64,000 nucleotides of DNA from Vitrella brassicaformis CCMP3155 (GCA_001179505.1 CDMY01000840.1:186001-250000), one strand, 5' to 3'. Shown: positions 23,344-37,800, numbered from the stretch's first letter. Notes: generated by a model not told the origin, from the sequence alone. Numbers and translations are program-made.

Positions 23344-26300
23344 CTAGGCGGCCACCGGAGCGCTCGGCTGGGATGGGACAGATGGCGGCTGTGCGGCCTC
23401 ACCCGGTCCGCTCCCCCTTCGGGGGGCCAGCTGCTGCAGCCGCTCCATTGTATTCACAGATAGCGAAAAATGAGACAACCTGCCGCAACATACGCAGGAC
23501 AACAAGCCGTCGATCGATGCAACCTGGCGTGTGTTTGCGGGTGGGTTTGCCGAGTCACTCACCTCTGAATATCCCTGAGTAGCGACTGGAAGAGTTGGTT
23601 GGCGCCGATCTCGTATTGTTGGATGGGCGTCACCACACTGTCCTGCCGCCGACCCGCACTTGCTGACAGCAGCCGCACGTTGATGCTCTCTTTCAGGTAA
23701 CCCAACCGCTGCAGATGCTCGGCCCAGTGGCGGTCGAAGCGGGCCAATGCGCAACTCACAAACGCCTACCGACACGCAACACAACACGACAGATGCATAC
23801 ACCGACACGACAGACGTGCAGTAGCCTAGCCGGCTGTGTGTGTGTGTGTTGATGGTATTGTGTGTACGTTAGCGAAGAGCCCCGGTCGTATCTGCTCCAG
23901 CTGGTCTTTCCGTGCAGTGACACTCGCCTTGCTCGCGGCCTTAAGGTCGGCCACCAGCTCGGTGACGCCCCCATCCCGCCGCACAGACTCTGTCGAAAAG
24001 GACTCACCGAACACCCTGCACCCACGCAGATAGACATGCCACTGTGAGTGGTCATGGTACAATCAACAGGTTCGGTGTCCCTCTGTTACTTTTGGAGCTT
24101 CTCTAGTATGGCTGGTCCGTTGACCTGCCCGTCGGCACTCGTGAACTCCTCCACTGTCAGCTCCACAGCGGTGTTGGCGAACTGTGTGGCGATGTCGAGG
24201 ACCTCACCGTCGTCAGCCTTGAGCACCCGCCGCCTTAGGCCATAGATCTCCTGCCGCTGGCTCACCATCGGACGGTCGAACTCAAACACGCGCTTACGGA
24301 TGTCGCGGAAATACTCCTCAGCAGCTGCACTCACTCATACACGCACAGCCCATGCCATGAGCGGGTGATGGATGATGCCCATGTCGTTGGGTGGCTGGCT
24401 GACCTCTTTGTACGTTGTTGAGTGACTCCGTGACCTGGTTTGACTCGATCGGGATGTCATCGCCGATCTTGAAGGTCGACATCAGCCCGCTCAGCTTGTC
24501 GCCACCAAAGATGCGGAAAATGTCGTCCTCAACAGAGAGGAAAAATCGTGATGCACCGAGGTCCCCCTGTCGCCCTGACCGGCCCCGCAGCTGATTGTCG
24601 ATACGGCGTGACTCATGCCGCTGGGTGCCGATAACGTACAGCCCGCCCAGCCGCCTGACCTCCTCTTGCTCGTTCTCAAGAGCGGTCTGGAATGTCTCCT
24701 TGATCTGCTCGAAGGCGCCCCTGGCTGCCAGGACGAGGTCGTCCTGTGTGGGCAGCTGGTCGGCGGCCATAGCCATGAGGTCGTCGAGGGCTCTCTCGGA
24801 CATGGTGCCATCACCCCTGGCCCTGAGCTCCTCAGTCAGGTCCCCCACCGCCGCCAGCAGCTCCTCATCCAACGGGGCGGGGTAAAAGCCCTCTTTCACC
24901 TCGACGGGCTGCTGTGTCCGGTTCTGTGAGGCGCCTTCGGGCAACGGAATGGCGTCTCGCAGAAGGGACCGCAGCTTGAGGCTGGCCATGGCGGCGGGGT
25001 TGCCGCCTAGAATGATGTCGGTGCCTCTGCCCGCCATGTTGGTGGCGACCGTCACCTTACCCTTGCGGCCCGCCTGTGCGATGACCTGCGCCTCCCGCTC
25101 CACGCTGTCGGGTCTGGCGTTGAGCACCTGTGCGTCGATGCCGCTCTCGACCAAGGCCGCCTGAATCTTCTCCGAGAGATCCACCGATGTCGTCCCTGCA
25201 CACACACAGGTGGACCTACGTACGTGACCTTGTATCTTGCGTTTTTCGTCGAAGAGCATACCGATGAGTATGGGTCTTCCTGTCCTGTGTGCCCTGTCGA
25301 CCTCCTTGAGCATGGCGTTGAGCTTGGCCTCGACCGTCTTGAAGACGGCATCGGGGTAGTCACGACGGGCTAAAGTCACAAGAAGCAGGCAGCAACATTC
25401 GTGGTCGCATCAAAGAATGGCTTAGCCCAGTCAGTGTCCGTTGTCCATCCACTTACCGACGGGCAGCGCTGTTGGGATGGGCATGACTTCTAGACCGTAG
25501 AAGTCAAGGAACTCCTGCACACGACGCGACCACAATATGCATGCGCGGGTGTGTCTCGGTGGCTGGATGGGTGAGCACCTTTGCGTCGGTGAATGCAGTG
25601 CCGGTCATGCCAGCGAGCCGCGGGAAGAGCCTGAACAGCGACTGGTACGTCACACTCGCTATCTCCTGGGGGCGCACACCGACGCACACACACACACACA
25701 CACGACCAGCGTATGCCCACAGATCCATCTTGGCATTCATCGCTCAGATCTGACCTGTGTTTCTCCCGAAACGGCTACGCCCTCCTTGGCCTCGATGCTC
25801 TGCTGGATGCCGTCGGTGTACCGCCGACCTGCAGCACACACGCGCAAGTGAGTGAGGGGCCTCCCTCCGCGAACGTCGCTTGGGTGCTCGTGATGTGCCA
25901 ATGTTCGTACGTACCTTCGAGAATGCGGCCTGTGAATGAGTCGACAATCGACACTCGACCGTCCCTGGCAGGGGGGTGACAGGAGGGAGGCGCAGGGAGG
26001 GGTGTTCGGGTGGGTGTTGATGTGGCTGTGTGGGGTGTGAGAGGGGAAGGGGGACGGTCTGTCTGACTTACTCGACGATGTATTGCTGGTCCTTTTGGAA
26101 GAGCTCTTTGGCCTTGATGGCGTTGACGACGAAGTACACCCAGTTCTCAGAGGGATCGTACGGCTCCATGCCCAGAATGTCAGCCAAATTCTGACGATCG
26201 CCATACACACACGACGGCTCTAGACAGATGCAAGGGCATGGCGTGCTCCGTGTCTGACCTCTAGTCCATCGTCGGTGAGGAACGCCGTCTGTCGCTTCTC

Positions 26301-27899
26301 GTCGACCTCATAGTCGCGGCCCTTCTGCAACACCTGCACAAGCTCTGCAGCACGGGCGTACTTGGCCTACCAACAGACACCGCATCCACGCACACGGACA
26401 GCCGGCAATGCATTCAATGCAGCTGTCTGGTTACTTTCTTTCCTCCCTCCCTCCCTCCCTCCCTCTTACGAGTGGTGCTCCGACAGTCTGGCTGATCTTC
26501 AGAGGGTTCCTGGCGTCGTCAATGAGGATCGAGTCGGCCTCGTCGACGATGCAGTAGTAGAAGGGCGAGGGGCGGCCCGTGGCCGCCGGGTCCAGAACTA
26601 TCGCACCGTCGCTGTAGGCCAGATTGTCGCGGAGGTAGTCGAAACCCAGCTCCTGGTGCCAACACAGCACACACATGGGAGGAGTGATGGGTGGGTGAGA
26701 GTGGATGGTGTGGCCACATCTGCACTGCACGCACCTGGTGTGTGGCGTAGATGACGTCTGCAGCGTACGCGCGCTTCTTCTCTTCCCTCTCCTGACCCGG
26801 CACCACCACACCCACACTCAGACCCAGGAACCTGCACACAGACAGACAGACGAGCGACGCATTCGAGGCACACATACATAAATAGTCATTCGTCGAGATC
26901 GATGGATTCCTGCCTGCCTGACTCACTTGTATATCTGCCCCATAGTGTCGGCGTCCCTCTTGGTGAGGTACTCGTTCTGGGAGACCACAAACGCCCCCTT
27001 GCCCAGCAGCGCGTTGAGGTAGGCGGGCAGCGTGGCCACGAGCGTCTTGCCCTCTCCCGTGGCCATCTCCGCCAGCCGGCCGTCATGCAGCGCCATCCCG
27101 CCCAAGAGCTGCACGTCGAAGTGCCTGCAATGCATTCAACACCAAACTCATCAGACCGGTGGGTGCGCGCGTATCCTGTGCCTTTAAGTCACCTCAGTTC
27201 GAGGACTCTCCATGCCGCTTCCCTGACGACGGCGAACGCCTCTTCGAGGATGCCGTCAAGCGCCGCCTTCTCCTTCGCCAGATCGTCCACTGTCCGCAGC
27301 TCAGACACAGACACGCCAAGAGCAGATGCCAAACGATCCCGAAACTCTTCTGTCTTGGCTCTGAAACAGAAAAGACGAGAGAGGCAGACAACCATTCCAT
27401 TCTCACACACTGCTAATTGTCTTGCATGGTTTGCGTGCCTGAGCTGTTCGTCCGAGAGGTTCTCGACCTCGTCCTCCAGTCTGTTGATGCGGTCCACCCG
27501 CCCCTGGTACTCGATGGCAGCTGCCTTGTTGCGCTCCATGAGGTCCTCCAACGGATCTGCCGCACCGAAGGGCTTTAGGAGGCCGCCGATGGACATCTGC
27601 GTCAGAGGCCGCCTCACATGCCGCTGGCAAAAAAGCACAAAAGCCGCAAACAAGGACACACAAGCATCGATGCACTGCACCTGCACAACAGCCAGCCTCC
27701 GTGTGTGTCAACTGCCTGTGCCTGGGCTGGCTACATTTGTTGCGTGACGAAAGTCGGCACCACCAGGCGAGAGGACGAACGTTGCAGGAACGGAGGTGTG
27801 ACGAAGCGCGTGATGGCGGAAGGCATCGGCTTTGATTCCCAGCAGGCCGACCAGTGCAGTGATGAACATCGCATGACCCAATGGACACATCTTCTTCAT
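23344..27899 (-). CDS. secA: Nucleus-encoded, plastid-targeted preprotein translocase SecA
   Basis: [109 protein letters not shown] (plastid/cyanobacterial type). Leader [17 protein letters not shown]. Confidence 0.93.
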
Positions 27900-28153
27900 C
27901 CAATCGCTCTGATTCCCAAGATCTCTATCCTCGTCACTTCATTGCTTCATTCTCACACCAGTTTTCGTCAGGAGCACAACCCCTCTGAACTTGAGCTCGC
28001 AAGGAACGATCGGAGGAGCCGGGGCGTCCGAACCATCGCCAGCGGTGATGAAGCCATGGGACAACCATGGGATGAATGGCGGATCGGCATCTCTCGTCAC
28101 GAGCATCGCTCCCCTCCCCTCCCCCTCTGACGAGTGATGCACTCATCCATTGA

Positions 28154-29729
28154 ATGGCCACCATGATGCAGTCCAGTGACCATGACAACCATCAGCCTCC
28201 CTCGCCCCAGTGCAGCCTGGTGTCGGCGGCCCTTGCCGGCATGATCACCAAGACCGCATGTGCGCCACTCGACCGAGTGCGCACCCTCTACCAGACCCAG
28301 GGCATGTTCACCTCGGCCGGCCACTCGGCTGCCCCGCGGCCCAGCGCCACGCTCAAGTACGGCGGCTCATTCGGCCTGTTCGGCACGTTCCGGCAGATAT
28401 ACGCCGAGGAGGGCGTGGCGGGTCTGTTCCGCGGCAACCTGATGAACTGTATCCGCGCCATGGCCGTCTACGGCATCAAATTCGGCACCAACGACTTCAT
28501 CAAAGACCAAATCAGACTCGCGCGCAGCAGCAGCAGTGGCAGTAGCAGCAACGGCAGCAGCAGCAACAGGGCCGATGGGCGTCTGTATTCCAGTGACCTC
28601 TTGCTGGCGGGGCTAGTGGCCGGGACGGTGCAGAAGCTGGCGACCTACCCGCTGGATCTGCTGACGGTGCGGCTGGCGCTGGGCAGCAACGTGGCGAGCG
28701 TGGCGAGTGGTGGCGTGGGCGGGGGTAGTGGGGGGTACAGGGGCATATTGGATTGTGTGGCGCGGATCTACGTGCGTGAGGGTGTCGGTGGGTTTTGGAA
28801 GGGGCTTTGCCCCACGCTAGTGACGGGCGTGCCCTACGTCGCCCTCCAGCTGTCGCTATGGGACGACTACAGAGACAGATACCGCAGGTAGGGTGCGTAT
28901 GGCATGGTGTGTGCACCAAGCAGCGAGAGACATGGCATCCACCCAATGCGCGTATGTGTCTGTGAATATGTGTGTGTGTGGTGTTTGGTAGGTACATTCG
29001 TCCCTGTGTGAATGGGGCGTCGAGCAAGGCCGACGGCGCGGCGGACGTCGTGGAGTCATCCGTTGCAGGTGGGCGAGCGGCGGCTAGCCAGCACCACCTC
29101 TGATCTCATAATGTGTGTCTCACACAGGGTCGCTGGCCAGCCTGACAGCGCAGCTGATGGTGTTCCCATGCGACACAATAAGGTACACACACACTGCCAC
29201 TTGCGTTGGTGCTGTCTATGTCAATGTCTGCAGGAAGCGCATGATGGCCGATGGTGTCGACAAACGGACGGGCGACGGCATGGACCCTCGCAAGTATAGG
29301 TACATGCGATCGATGCGTCAACCACACACACATGCCCCTTCTCTCCACACACGTGCCCCTTCTCTCTCTTTCTGTGTGGGTGTGGGTGTAGGGGCATGGT
29401 GGATTGCTTGCGTCAGGTGCTGCGCGAGGGCGGCGTGTGCCGTCTCTATCACGGCCTGGTGCCGTGCATCGTCAAGGCACTGCCAAATGGTCCGCCAGAC
29501 CCACTCACTACCCACATGCTGCGCACTGATGCATTGGCGCATTCATTGGTGTGGATGGGATGCAGGTGCGATTCAGTTTGGCAGCCTCGAGCTGTTCTCC
29601 AGGCTGGTGCCGCAGGCGTATTTGCTCATTAGCAGCGCATGCGCCTCGCTCGCCGAGCACATCAACAACACCAGGACCAGGACCAGCACCACAGCCACTG
29701 CAGCAACTGCTGCAGCAGGCGTCACATAG
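28154..29729 (+). CDS. Mitochondrial carrier family (SLC25) protein, CoA/adenine nucleotide carrier-like
   Basis: Three repeats with carrier signatures APLDRVR, YPLDLLTVR and FPCDTIRKR, plus GLFRGN, GFWKG and RLYHG. Confidence 0.9.
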
Positions 29730-29836
29730 ATTGCATGACGATGACGAGGGGGAGTTGCGTGAGAGGGATGAGGGGAGAGGTGGCGTGTACAGCTTGCCGC
29801 CGATGTGCATTCGTGTGCGTATGTGTGTATGTATGT

Positions 29837-29867
<31 letters not shown>

Positions 29868-30397
29868 CATGCGTTTCTTGTGTCGCTTCAAGGGTGGGTG
29901 CAGACAGACAGACAGGCAGACAGACCAGAGAACCAACACGTCGGAAGTTTCCAGCCCGTGTGGAAACTTCCTGTGTTGGCTGCGGTCTACTTCTTGTTGA
30001 TAGTATGTATGCTTATGGACAGACAGACAGTAGTCTCGAATATTTCAGACTCTAGGTCACGGTGCGGAACACACTGCTCAAGAGCTTGGTGGACAAGGGA
30101 AATGCCAAGCGCAAGTAGTGTAGATGGATGGATGGATGGATGATGGATGGATGATGGATGGAATGGCGGCAGCTGTCCTGCACAACTGTGTGCATGTACT
30201 GGTGTGTCCTATAGACACCGATTGGTGTGTGTACAGCTCAGCAGGTGGTTGGACACGACTAGTGTTGTACAGCTGTCCATGCAGACGGAGATGATCTATC
30301 TCACAATGCACCAGACACTTGGTGTCCACCCATCTAATATCTGCCTCATCATGCACGCGAAGTAACGCGGAGAAATGGGGTCATGCGATCCAAAGTC

Positions 30398-30407
30398 GCG
30401 AGCTTAG
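30398..30407 (+). promoter_or_regulatory. GCGAGCTNAG candidate promoter element
   Basis: GCGAGCTTAG 21 bp upstream of ATG 30429. Confidence 0.4.
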
Positions 30408-30428
30408 TGTTTTGAAGGCGGTCTGTCC

Positions 30429-32623
30429 ATGCTCAGTCCTTGCAGCAGGGGAGGCTCGTCGACGGCCACGTGCGCCTTCTTCCTCTGCGGCCGAAACACT
30501 GCAAAGGAGCCCAGCGACTATTCGCCATCGCCATCGGATTCGGGCCATTCAGATGAGAGCTGCAGAAGCGGCGGTGAATGCGTATGCGAGTCTGACCATG
30601 GCGCTGACGAGAGTGCACAGCCGAAAGCCTCTGGAGAGGGAGGGGCTGTCAGGGGGCCGGAGGGGGAAGGGAGTGAAGGGCGAGATGACGACGACGACGA
30701 CGATGAACCGCTGGATGAGGTGCTCAGGAAGCTGGAACAGCTCAAGGCCAGACGTAGGTGTCAGAAAGATACTTGAAGGGCCCATTTGCAATGAATTGGG
30801 TGCTGTTATCGTGTTTGTGTCTCAGTGCATGAGTTGCTGGCTGCCCGTCAGCAGCCGCAGCCGCATCCCCCTCCTCCCTCTGGCCCTCCATGGCGACAGC
30901 CACCATGGCCCCATCGGCCGCCGCTGAAAGTGCAAAACAGGAGAACACAGCAAAAGAGATACTGCGACCTGATGGAATGTTTGTTGTGTGCGTGTTTGGT
31001 GCGGCATTGCAGGCTCCGGTTTCCTCCTGGCCTTCCTGTGCCCCTCTTGGCGGCGCCAAGGTGATAGGCAATGCCATCTTAGACCCCACGAGCAGAATTT
31101 GCCCCATCAGGGTAGTTAACGACAAGGTAAATGACACAAATGTCGCCCACACACACTCTCCCTGCCTCTATGCCTCTGTGTTTGTCTGGTGGATACAGTT
31201 TCAGCAGTTCATTGGCCACAGTCCCTGGGAGCTGGTGGGCAACAGCATCCTCACCTCGATCAGGTCGCGCGTCGAGGTGGCAGACGGAGGCACCTGGGGA
31301 TTGCCCGCCAATATGTGGGTACCGACAACCCATCAGCCGAACGGGGCTCTGATGAATGCGATGCAGCGACTGGAAGGGTGGCTGAATGAGATTGCCGCCA
31401 GGAAGGGAGAGGCACCATGGCAGGATTGCGTCTTGCAGATGTTTGTCAGGGCGAAAGACACGGGTGGGTGGGTAAGAGCGCAAACAAGGCAGGGCAGTGA
31501 ATCGAGGCACGAGTGGTGTGGGGTGTGTGTGCAGGCCGTCGGAAGCATGTCTTGATGTACCTGGGCACGGTGCTGGTGGAGACTTTCTTGTATGTGCTCG
31601 TGGTCCTGTTTGAGCTGCCCGAAGGCCTCTACATCGACCCTGACCATATTGCACATCGCAGGGCAGCTCTGGAGCTGGTCGAACACACCATCTCCTCAGG
31701 TGATCAAGGCAGACAACACAAACCATGTGTGTGGTACTTACTAGTGTCCGTGTCTGTGGGTGTCTCAGACTCTGACCACAGTATTGGTGTGACTATTGAC
31801 CCCAGCACCCTCCCTCACAGGCGTAATCCGCCACACGCCCACCCTCCAACGTCCTTTCTGCCCCTCGCTGCTGCCGTGACCAACAGCGACCCATGTGACA
31901 TCGGTCGGCCGCATTTTGGCATGAGAACCTCACCTGTCTCACAGCCCAGCGAGCCGAGGCCGATACCTCCCGCGGCATCACATGGCCGTGGCTACGGCAC
32001 GAAGGCCATGCCGATGCCGCATGGACCCACGTCGTTTCCACCTCCCCTCCCGCCCCCCTCCGCGCCGTCAGTCGCCACGCCCACGACTCTCTCCTTCTCT
32101 GCATCGGCATCGGCATTTCAGAGCCCCAGGAGGACTCATGACGGCCATCATCGTATCGATAACAGTGAGAGCTCTGTGTCGACACCGGTGCGGCTGCCCC
32201 TTCCCCCTCCTCACCAGTACCATCCTCAGCTACACACATTTCTCCCTCCGATGATGTCTCCGGCCTATCCGCCGTCACGAGACGAGCCCCTCCAGGAAAT
32301 CATCAGCATCAGCGTGCCACATGCTGCGTGTGAGGCTTTTGAGGAGAAGACCCCCAGTGTGGTGGATGTGTTCGACAGCTCGGGGTTCGGAGACTATCGA
32401 GTGATGCCGGGGGGTGACAGCAACCGGCGGCACACGAACGTCGGCGTGAGTGTGATTGAAAAGCGATCGGCACTGAAGAAGCCGACAGGAGAAAGGTCGC
32501 TGCAGAGGTGGGAAGCCGGGCAGGGACTAAGGGGGGAGAGCGGGAGAGACACATACGGCGCTGTATGGTTGGTTGTTCAGGCGCATTTCCTTCGGCCAGA
32601 ATGTGGTGTTGGGGGTGCAATAA
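30429..32623 (+). CDS. Hypothetical protein (acidic N-terminus, central globular region, Pro/Ser-rich tail ending SALKK...RRISF)
   Basis: GC3-rich exons bounded by GT/AG that can be spliced in frame. No family recognised. Confidence 0.5.
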
Positions 32624-33859
32624 CTCGGAGAGATGTAGATGTGTCCGCACGGGTGCATGTATGGGTTGAGAGCAGCTCGACGGGCCACCATGCGAGTGTG
32701 TTGACCGATGAGGATGCTTGTCGTGTTGATCTGTCTGCTCTGTTTGTCGTGTGGGTCAATCAGTCAACACAGACACGTACACGCACCGCACACCGATCTC
32801 TCCATTCATTCGTTCGTCGATAGGAAGAGGGGACACACCGACACATAGACAGACCGAGGCAGACAGACAGACAGACAGGCAGAAATCCAGCTGCCAGACA
32901 AACAGGACAAGAGCTTCTGAATTGTCGTCCGACCGAACACCACAACGAGTAAGGCAAGGCAAGGCAGGCAGGCAGGCAGGCAATTCCCCTTCTGTCGCCC
33001 TTTCCCCCTCCATCCCCCCTCTCTCTCTTTGTTCTCTCGCTCCCTCCTGACTCTACAGGCAATTCCCCCCTCTCTCCATCCATCCATCCCCCCATCGATC
33101 GGTCAATAAGGAAGACACTGACTGATGTACACACGAGTGAGACAGACAGGAAGTGGCCAATAACAAATACGACAGACGACAGGCACGCAGGCACGACAGT
33201 GGTCGATCGGTCGGTCGGTCCTTGTTTCGCGACAGGTGGTCAAAAATCCACCATCGCCCGACTAGCACGCACAATACGCATCGAATCCATCGATCAGCAA
33301 GCAGATAGACAACAAACACACAGAGAAAGCGACAGCTGACTGACAACGGACAACGGATCTCTCTCTCTCCTTCCTTTGTTGACGACGAGACACGACAAAC
33401 ATGCCATCCATCGCAATTCAAAACTCGCCTTACCAGCAGCAAGCGTGTGTCATGGACTGCAATGGATTGGAATGGAATGGAGTGGACGGACGGGCAGAGA
33501 CGAGACGGACGCTGTACGAGTGAACACACGGGGGCACGCAAGAGTGTACGTATGGTACACTGGGCATCTCTGCGCTCATGGAACGTTGGATGGATTATAT
33601 GCACACACGACGACCGACCAGCGAGCGACAGACAGACAGTACCAGTGGGTGAATGTGATGGATGGATGCGTTGGCCAGCACAGGACAGCAGACGAGCAGG
33701 TGCGTGTGGTGAATGGCTAGCAGCAAGCGACGAGCATAAAATTCTCCTGAAGGCTCTGAGTATGGATGGCAATGTGCGATGTAATGGATGAAGTGAGTGA
33801 GTGTGTGGCGACAAAACTTGGTCGTACATGGATGGCATCGTGCACCCGCGTACGCACCT

Positions 33860-34159
33860 NNNNNNNNNNNNNNNNNNNNNNNNNNNNNNNNNNNNNNNNN
33901 NNNNNNNNNNNNNNNNNNNNNNNNNNNNNNNNNNNNNNNNNNNNNNNNNNNNNNNNNNNNNNNNNNNNNNNNNNNNNNNNNNNNNNNNNNNNNNNNNNNN
34001 NNNNNNNNNNNNNNNNNNNNNNNNNNNNNNNNNNNNNNNNNNNNNNNNNNNNNNNNNNNNNNNNNNNNNNNNNNNNNNNNNNNNNNNNNNNNNNNNNNNN
34101 NNNNNNNNNNNNNNNNNNNNNNNNNNNNNNNNNNNNNNNNNNNNNNNNNNNNNNNNNNN
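33860..34159. other. Assembly gap (300 N)
   Basis: N run followed by a C-rich tract. Confidence 0.95.
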
Positions 34160-34824
34160 AACGAGCCTCCCCCCCCCCCCTCCCCAAGTACGCACAGCAC
34201 GATAAAAGCAATTATAGCCTCCCTGCCTGCGGCACACTGATGTGATGTCATGTTCAAACAGCACACGAGATGGATGGATGGATGGATGGATAGAAATGTC
34301 AAGGGTCCTAGAGAGCGAGGGATCTACCTACCTCTCCCCTACCCCCCTCGAGTCGAGTCGAGTCGAGTGAGCGGACCTCACTCATACACAACACGGCCGA
34401 CAAAAACAAAAAAGATATGAATGGATAGACACGAGCAAAACAGACAGACACACGAGCCGCGCCCACGACCACGGCACACGCACGCGACCGACACCCTCTT
34501 GGTCTCTACGTACCTCCCTCCTTCGCTGATTGTCGGATCAGAAGCATCAGGTCATGCCAGCAGGCAGCCAGGCAGACAGGCAGGCGGACAGAGAAACAAG
34601 AGAAACAGACACAGAGAGAGAGACGACAGATTGAGAGGTATGCACCGACGGAAGTATGTATCCACAAGGCGAGCCAGGAAGGCAGGCAGGCAGACGGACA
34701 TGCATCATATAGCACATGACACACACACACACACACACACACACAGACGGAGACAACGCAGCACATCCCTCTTGGTGACAAATAGACAAAGGCGAGCAAC
34801 CGCGCACGCACAACAGAGAACAAA

Positions 34825-34887
34825 ACGTAATGGGGAACGGGACTGACGTAATGGGGAACGGGACTGACGTAATGGGGAACGGGACTG
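34825..34887. repeat. 21-bp minisatellite x3
   Basis: ACGTAATGGGGAACGGGACTG repeated three times exactly. Confidence 0.9.
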
Positions 34888-37800
34888 AAAAGGGAGAAAG
34901 AAAATCGTAGGCAACAAAGCAAGAACCGCCCCTTCAGGGCCCATCCACCAAACATTGGTCAATCTGTCATTGAGGAAAATGCGCCGTATTCTTGACGTGT
35001 CGCGGCGCTCATGAAAAGCGTGTATGCACGTATGTAGCGCATGTGTAAGTGAAGACGTCACATGAAAATCCATGCAGCCGATGCACTGACTACCGTGGCC
35101 AAAAATGATCCGTAAGTGAGCGGCCGCTCTGTCGGCATATACATCCACATCATCATATTTATAGGTATAGACAGGCCACATGTGTGTGGGCAGAAAGAGA
35201 AAATGGTGTCTCCATATATCGTTGCCACCGGGTATGCGGCCAAAAGCAACGGAGACGGTCGCACGGCATAACACACGTACATGCAGGCGCACACGGGGAG
35301 GGGAGAGGAGAGGGAGGGGCATCGAGACACACAGGCAGGCAGGCAGGCAGGCAGGCACACGTACAGACGTGCAGGCAGGCAGGTGGAATAGGACAAATAG
35401 TAGTCAGACAGGCTAGACAGAATGGCAGCTGAAGTATCGACTGAGGGTGCCAAGACAAGACAAGACAAGACAAGACAAGAGGAGAAGAAGAGAGTGGTCC
35501 ATCGACTTTTCCTGCGTCTGCTCATCCGCACAGCTCTGTACCCACACACAGATACATACGTACACAGGTCGATCGGATCGTCGATTCATGAACAACAAGA
35601 GAGAGAGGGAGAGACGGTGAGACGGACATACAGACGTGTCCGTCCATCCGTTAAAAATAGGCGAGAGCGCGCGCGGAGAAGCGAGCAGGCAGGCAGAGCG
35701 TTATCATATGCCATCTCAGCAGAGAGGTGTACTATGTACGTACGTATGTATATACGTATGTATGTACGTGTGTATGTACGCGTGACATTGTACGCAAGCA
35801 AACAACACCAGAGAAATATGCAGAGAGACGACAGAAGAGAATAGAGGTGCCAAGTAGGAACGAACGAAGGGACATATAGCGATCTGAGTCGGTCGGCTTA
35901 TACACACACAGGACGGACATATGGGAGGCAGGCAGGCAGGCAGACAGGCAGCTGTCGGCTTTTGTTCCCACACACACACAACACATTACTTAGCACGAAG
36001 TTCAAAAGGCACCACACACACAGGCTCTCTCTGTTTCTCACGCATTGCGATGTATGTAAGTATGCACGCCCACACGCTGCAGCCAAGTTCCGTCTCCCAA
36101 ACATCCCATCCTCTCCCCTCCCCTCCCCTCTCTCTCTCTCACGTGCACATGGGGGTCTACTACGCGCGTGTCAGCGCCGCAGGCCCTTGAAGCAAAATCG
36201 TAGTCTTCACAAGCATCATCATTGAGACATCACCAAAGCGAGCTATGTCATGCAGTGCAATGCAATGCAATGCGATGTCATATAATGAATGTATGTGCTG
36301 ACAGACACGGGTATACACGCATGTGTGTACGTGTGTACGTATGTACGTACGTACGTACGCGCACGTGACAATGACATTGACCGATCGATGCATGCAGATA
36401 AACATGAACGAGAGAGACACCACGCCACCCACACCCAAAAGAGTCACCACACACGGATCTAGAACACACACAACACACACAACACACAGATCAGCAGCAA
36501 GTAGGAGGTAGTGAAGTGTAGTGGCATGTCCTGCTCTGTAGAGCAGCAAGGGATGTCATGGCCACCCCTCCAGTGAGTGCTGGTCTCATCCCTGTCCCCC
36601 CTCCCCCCTCCCTCACCCGCCGTGTGTGGCGCTCTTTTCCTCTCCTCTCCTTTCCTTCCCTCTTGCTCAGTTGAGGCCGTCAGCGGTCGACGATCGAGTA
36701 AGTGATATGAGCGCTACCTCTCAACACGGAGGATACACACCGTGCGACACGACCGTGTCCATCCATCCATCCATCCATGAGTCGGGCTCTCTCCCTCGAT
36801 GAGACACACACACGTCGCCTGATGGCCAGCCGGACACACAGATAGAAGCAAAGATGAAGATGAACACACGGCTATGTACTCCTTCCTCCCTCCCTCCCTG
36901 GTGCATGGATGCGCTTCGACATGGAACATGAAAAGGTGAGTCACGAAGTAGAATCAGGCCAGGCAGGCACCTGTCGGTCTGTGTGTCGAGCAGTAAGTGA
37001 GTGTAATGTCCGCACACACGCACACAGGCGCACTCATACAGAAACACTGCTCTCTCATCGTCTTCCCCGGCAGTTCTCGCTCTCTCTCTGTCTCTCCGTT
37101 GCACGCTCTCAGCAGGAAGAAAAGTATCTTAAATCAGCACATGGATGATGAGCATGTATGTATCACGATCGATCACCTTCGTTGGACGTAAATCAAACAC
37201 TACATCCACGTATCCCCGTTCACCTCACCTGTGTGTATCATATGCTCTGGGTAGCATAGCGTAGCACACACAGGCCTCCTCGACACACAGGCGCACACGT
37301 AGACAGACAGACAGACAGACAGACAGGCGCGCCACACCGTGCCCCATCGTTCGTCCCTCGTTGCTGCAAAAAACGATTATCAAGTGTTGCTCGTTCGTTG
37401 GTCGGCCGAGCAAGTGCGGGGGAATGAGCGGACCAATCCATGGATCATGCATCCGTCAACGCATACACACACGGTGGGTGCGTGGGTGCGTGTGCGTGCA
37501 TTGCACGTGTGGTCGATCGTCTGTACGTGCGTATGAAAGAGACACCACCGGTCGACACGTGTGTCGACGTGCGGTGCGGACTACAAATGGACGGACAGCA
37601 TCTCGTGTGTGATACGATACACCCTCACAGACAGACAGACAGACAGGCAGGCGGGCGGACAGAAATACACAGACCCACCCCTACAAAGTGCTGTGTGTGC
37701 TGAATAAACGAATGATGAATGTGACCGCCCTCCCCTCGCACACGAACGGTACTGAAGCCAATGTATGTGTATATGCAATGGGTGGTATGGATGCATGTGG

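Noticed and set aside
35058-35358. Minus-strand ORFs (YKYDDVDVYADR..., MMMWMYMPTERP...) in the gene desert
   Set aside because: No coding codon bias, no recognisable motif, no convincing exon chain. A resemblance to the dinoflagellate spliced leader was too weak.
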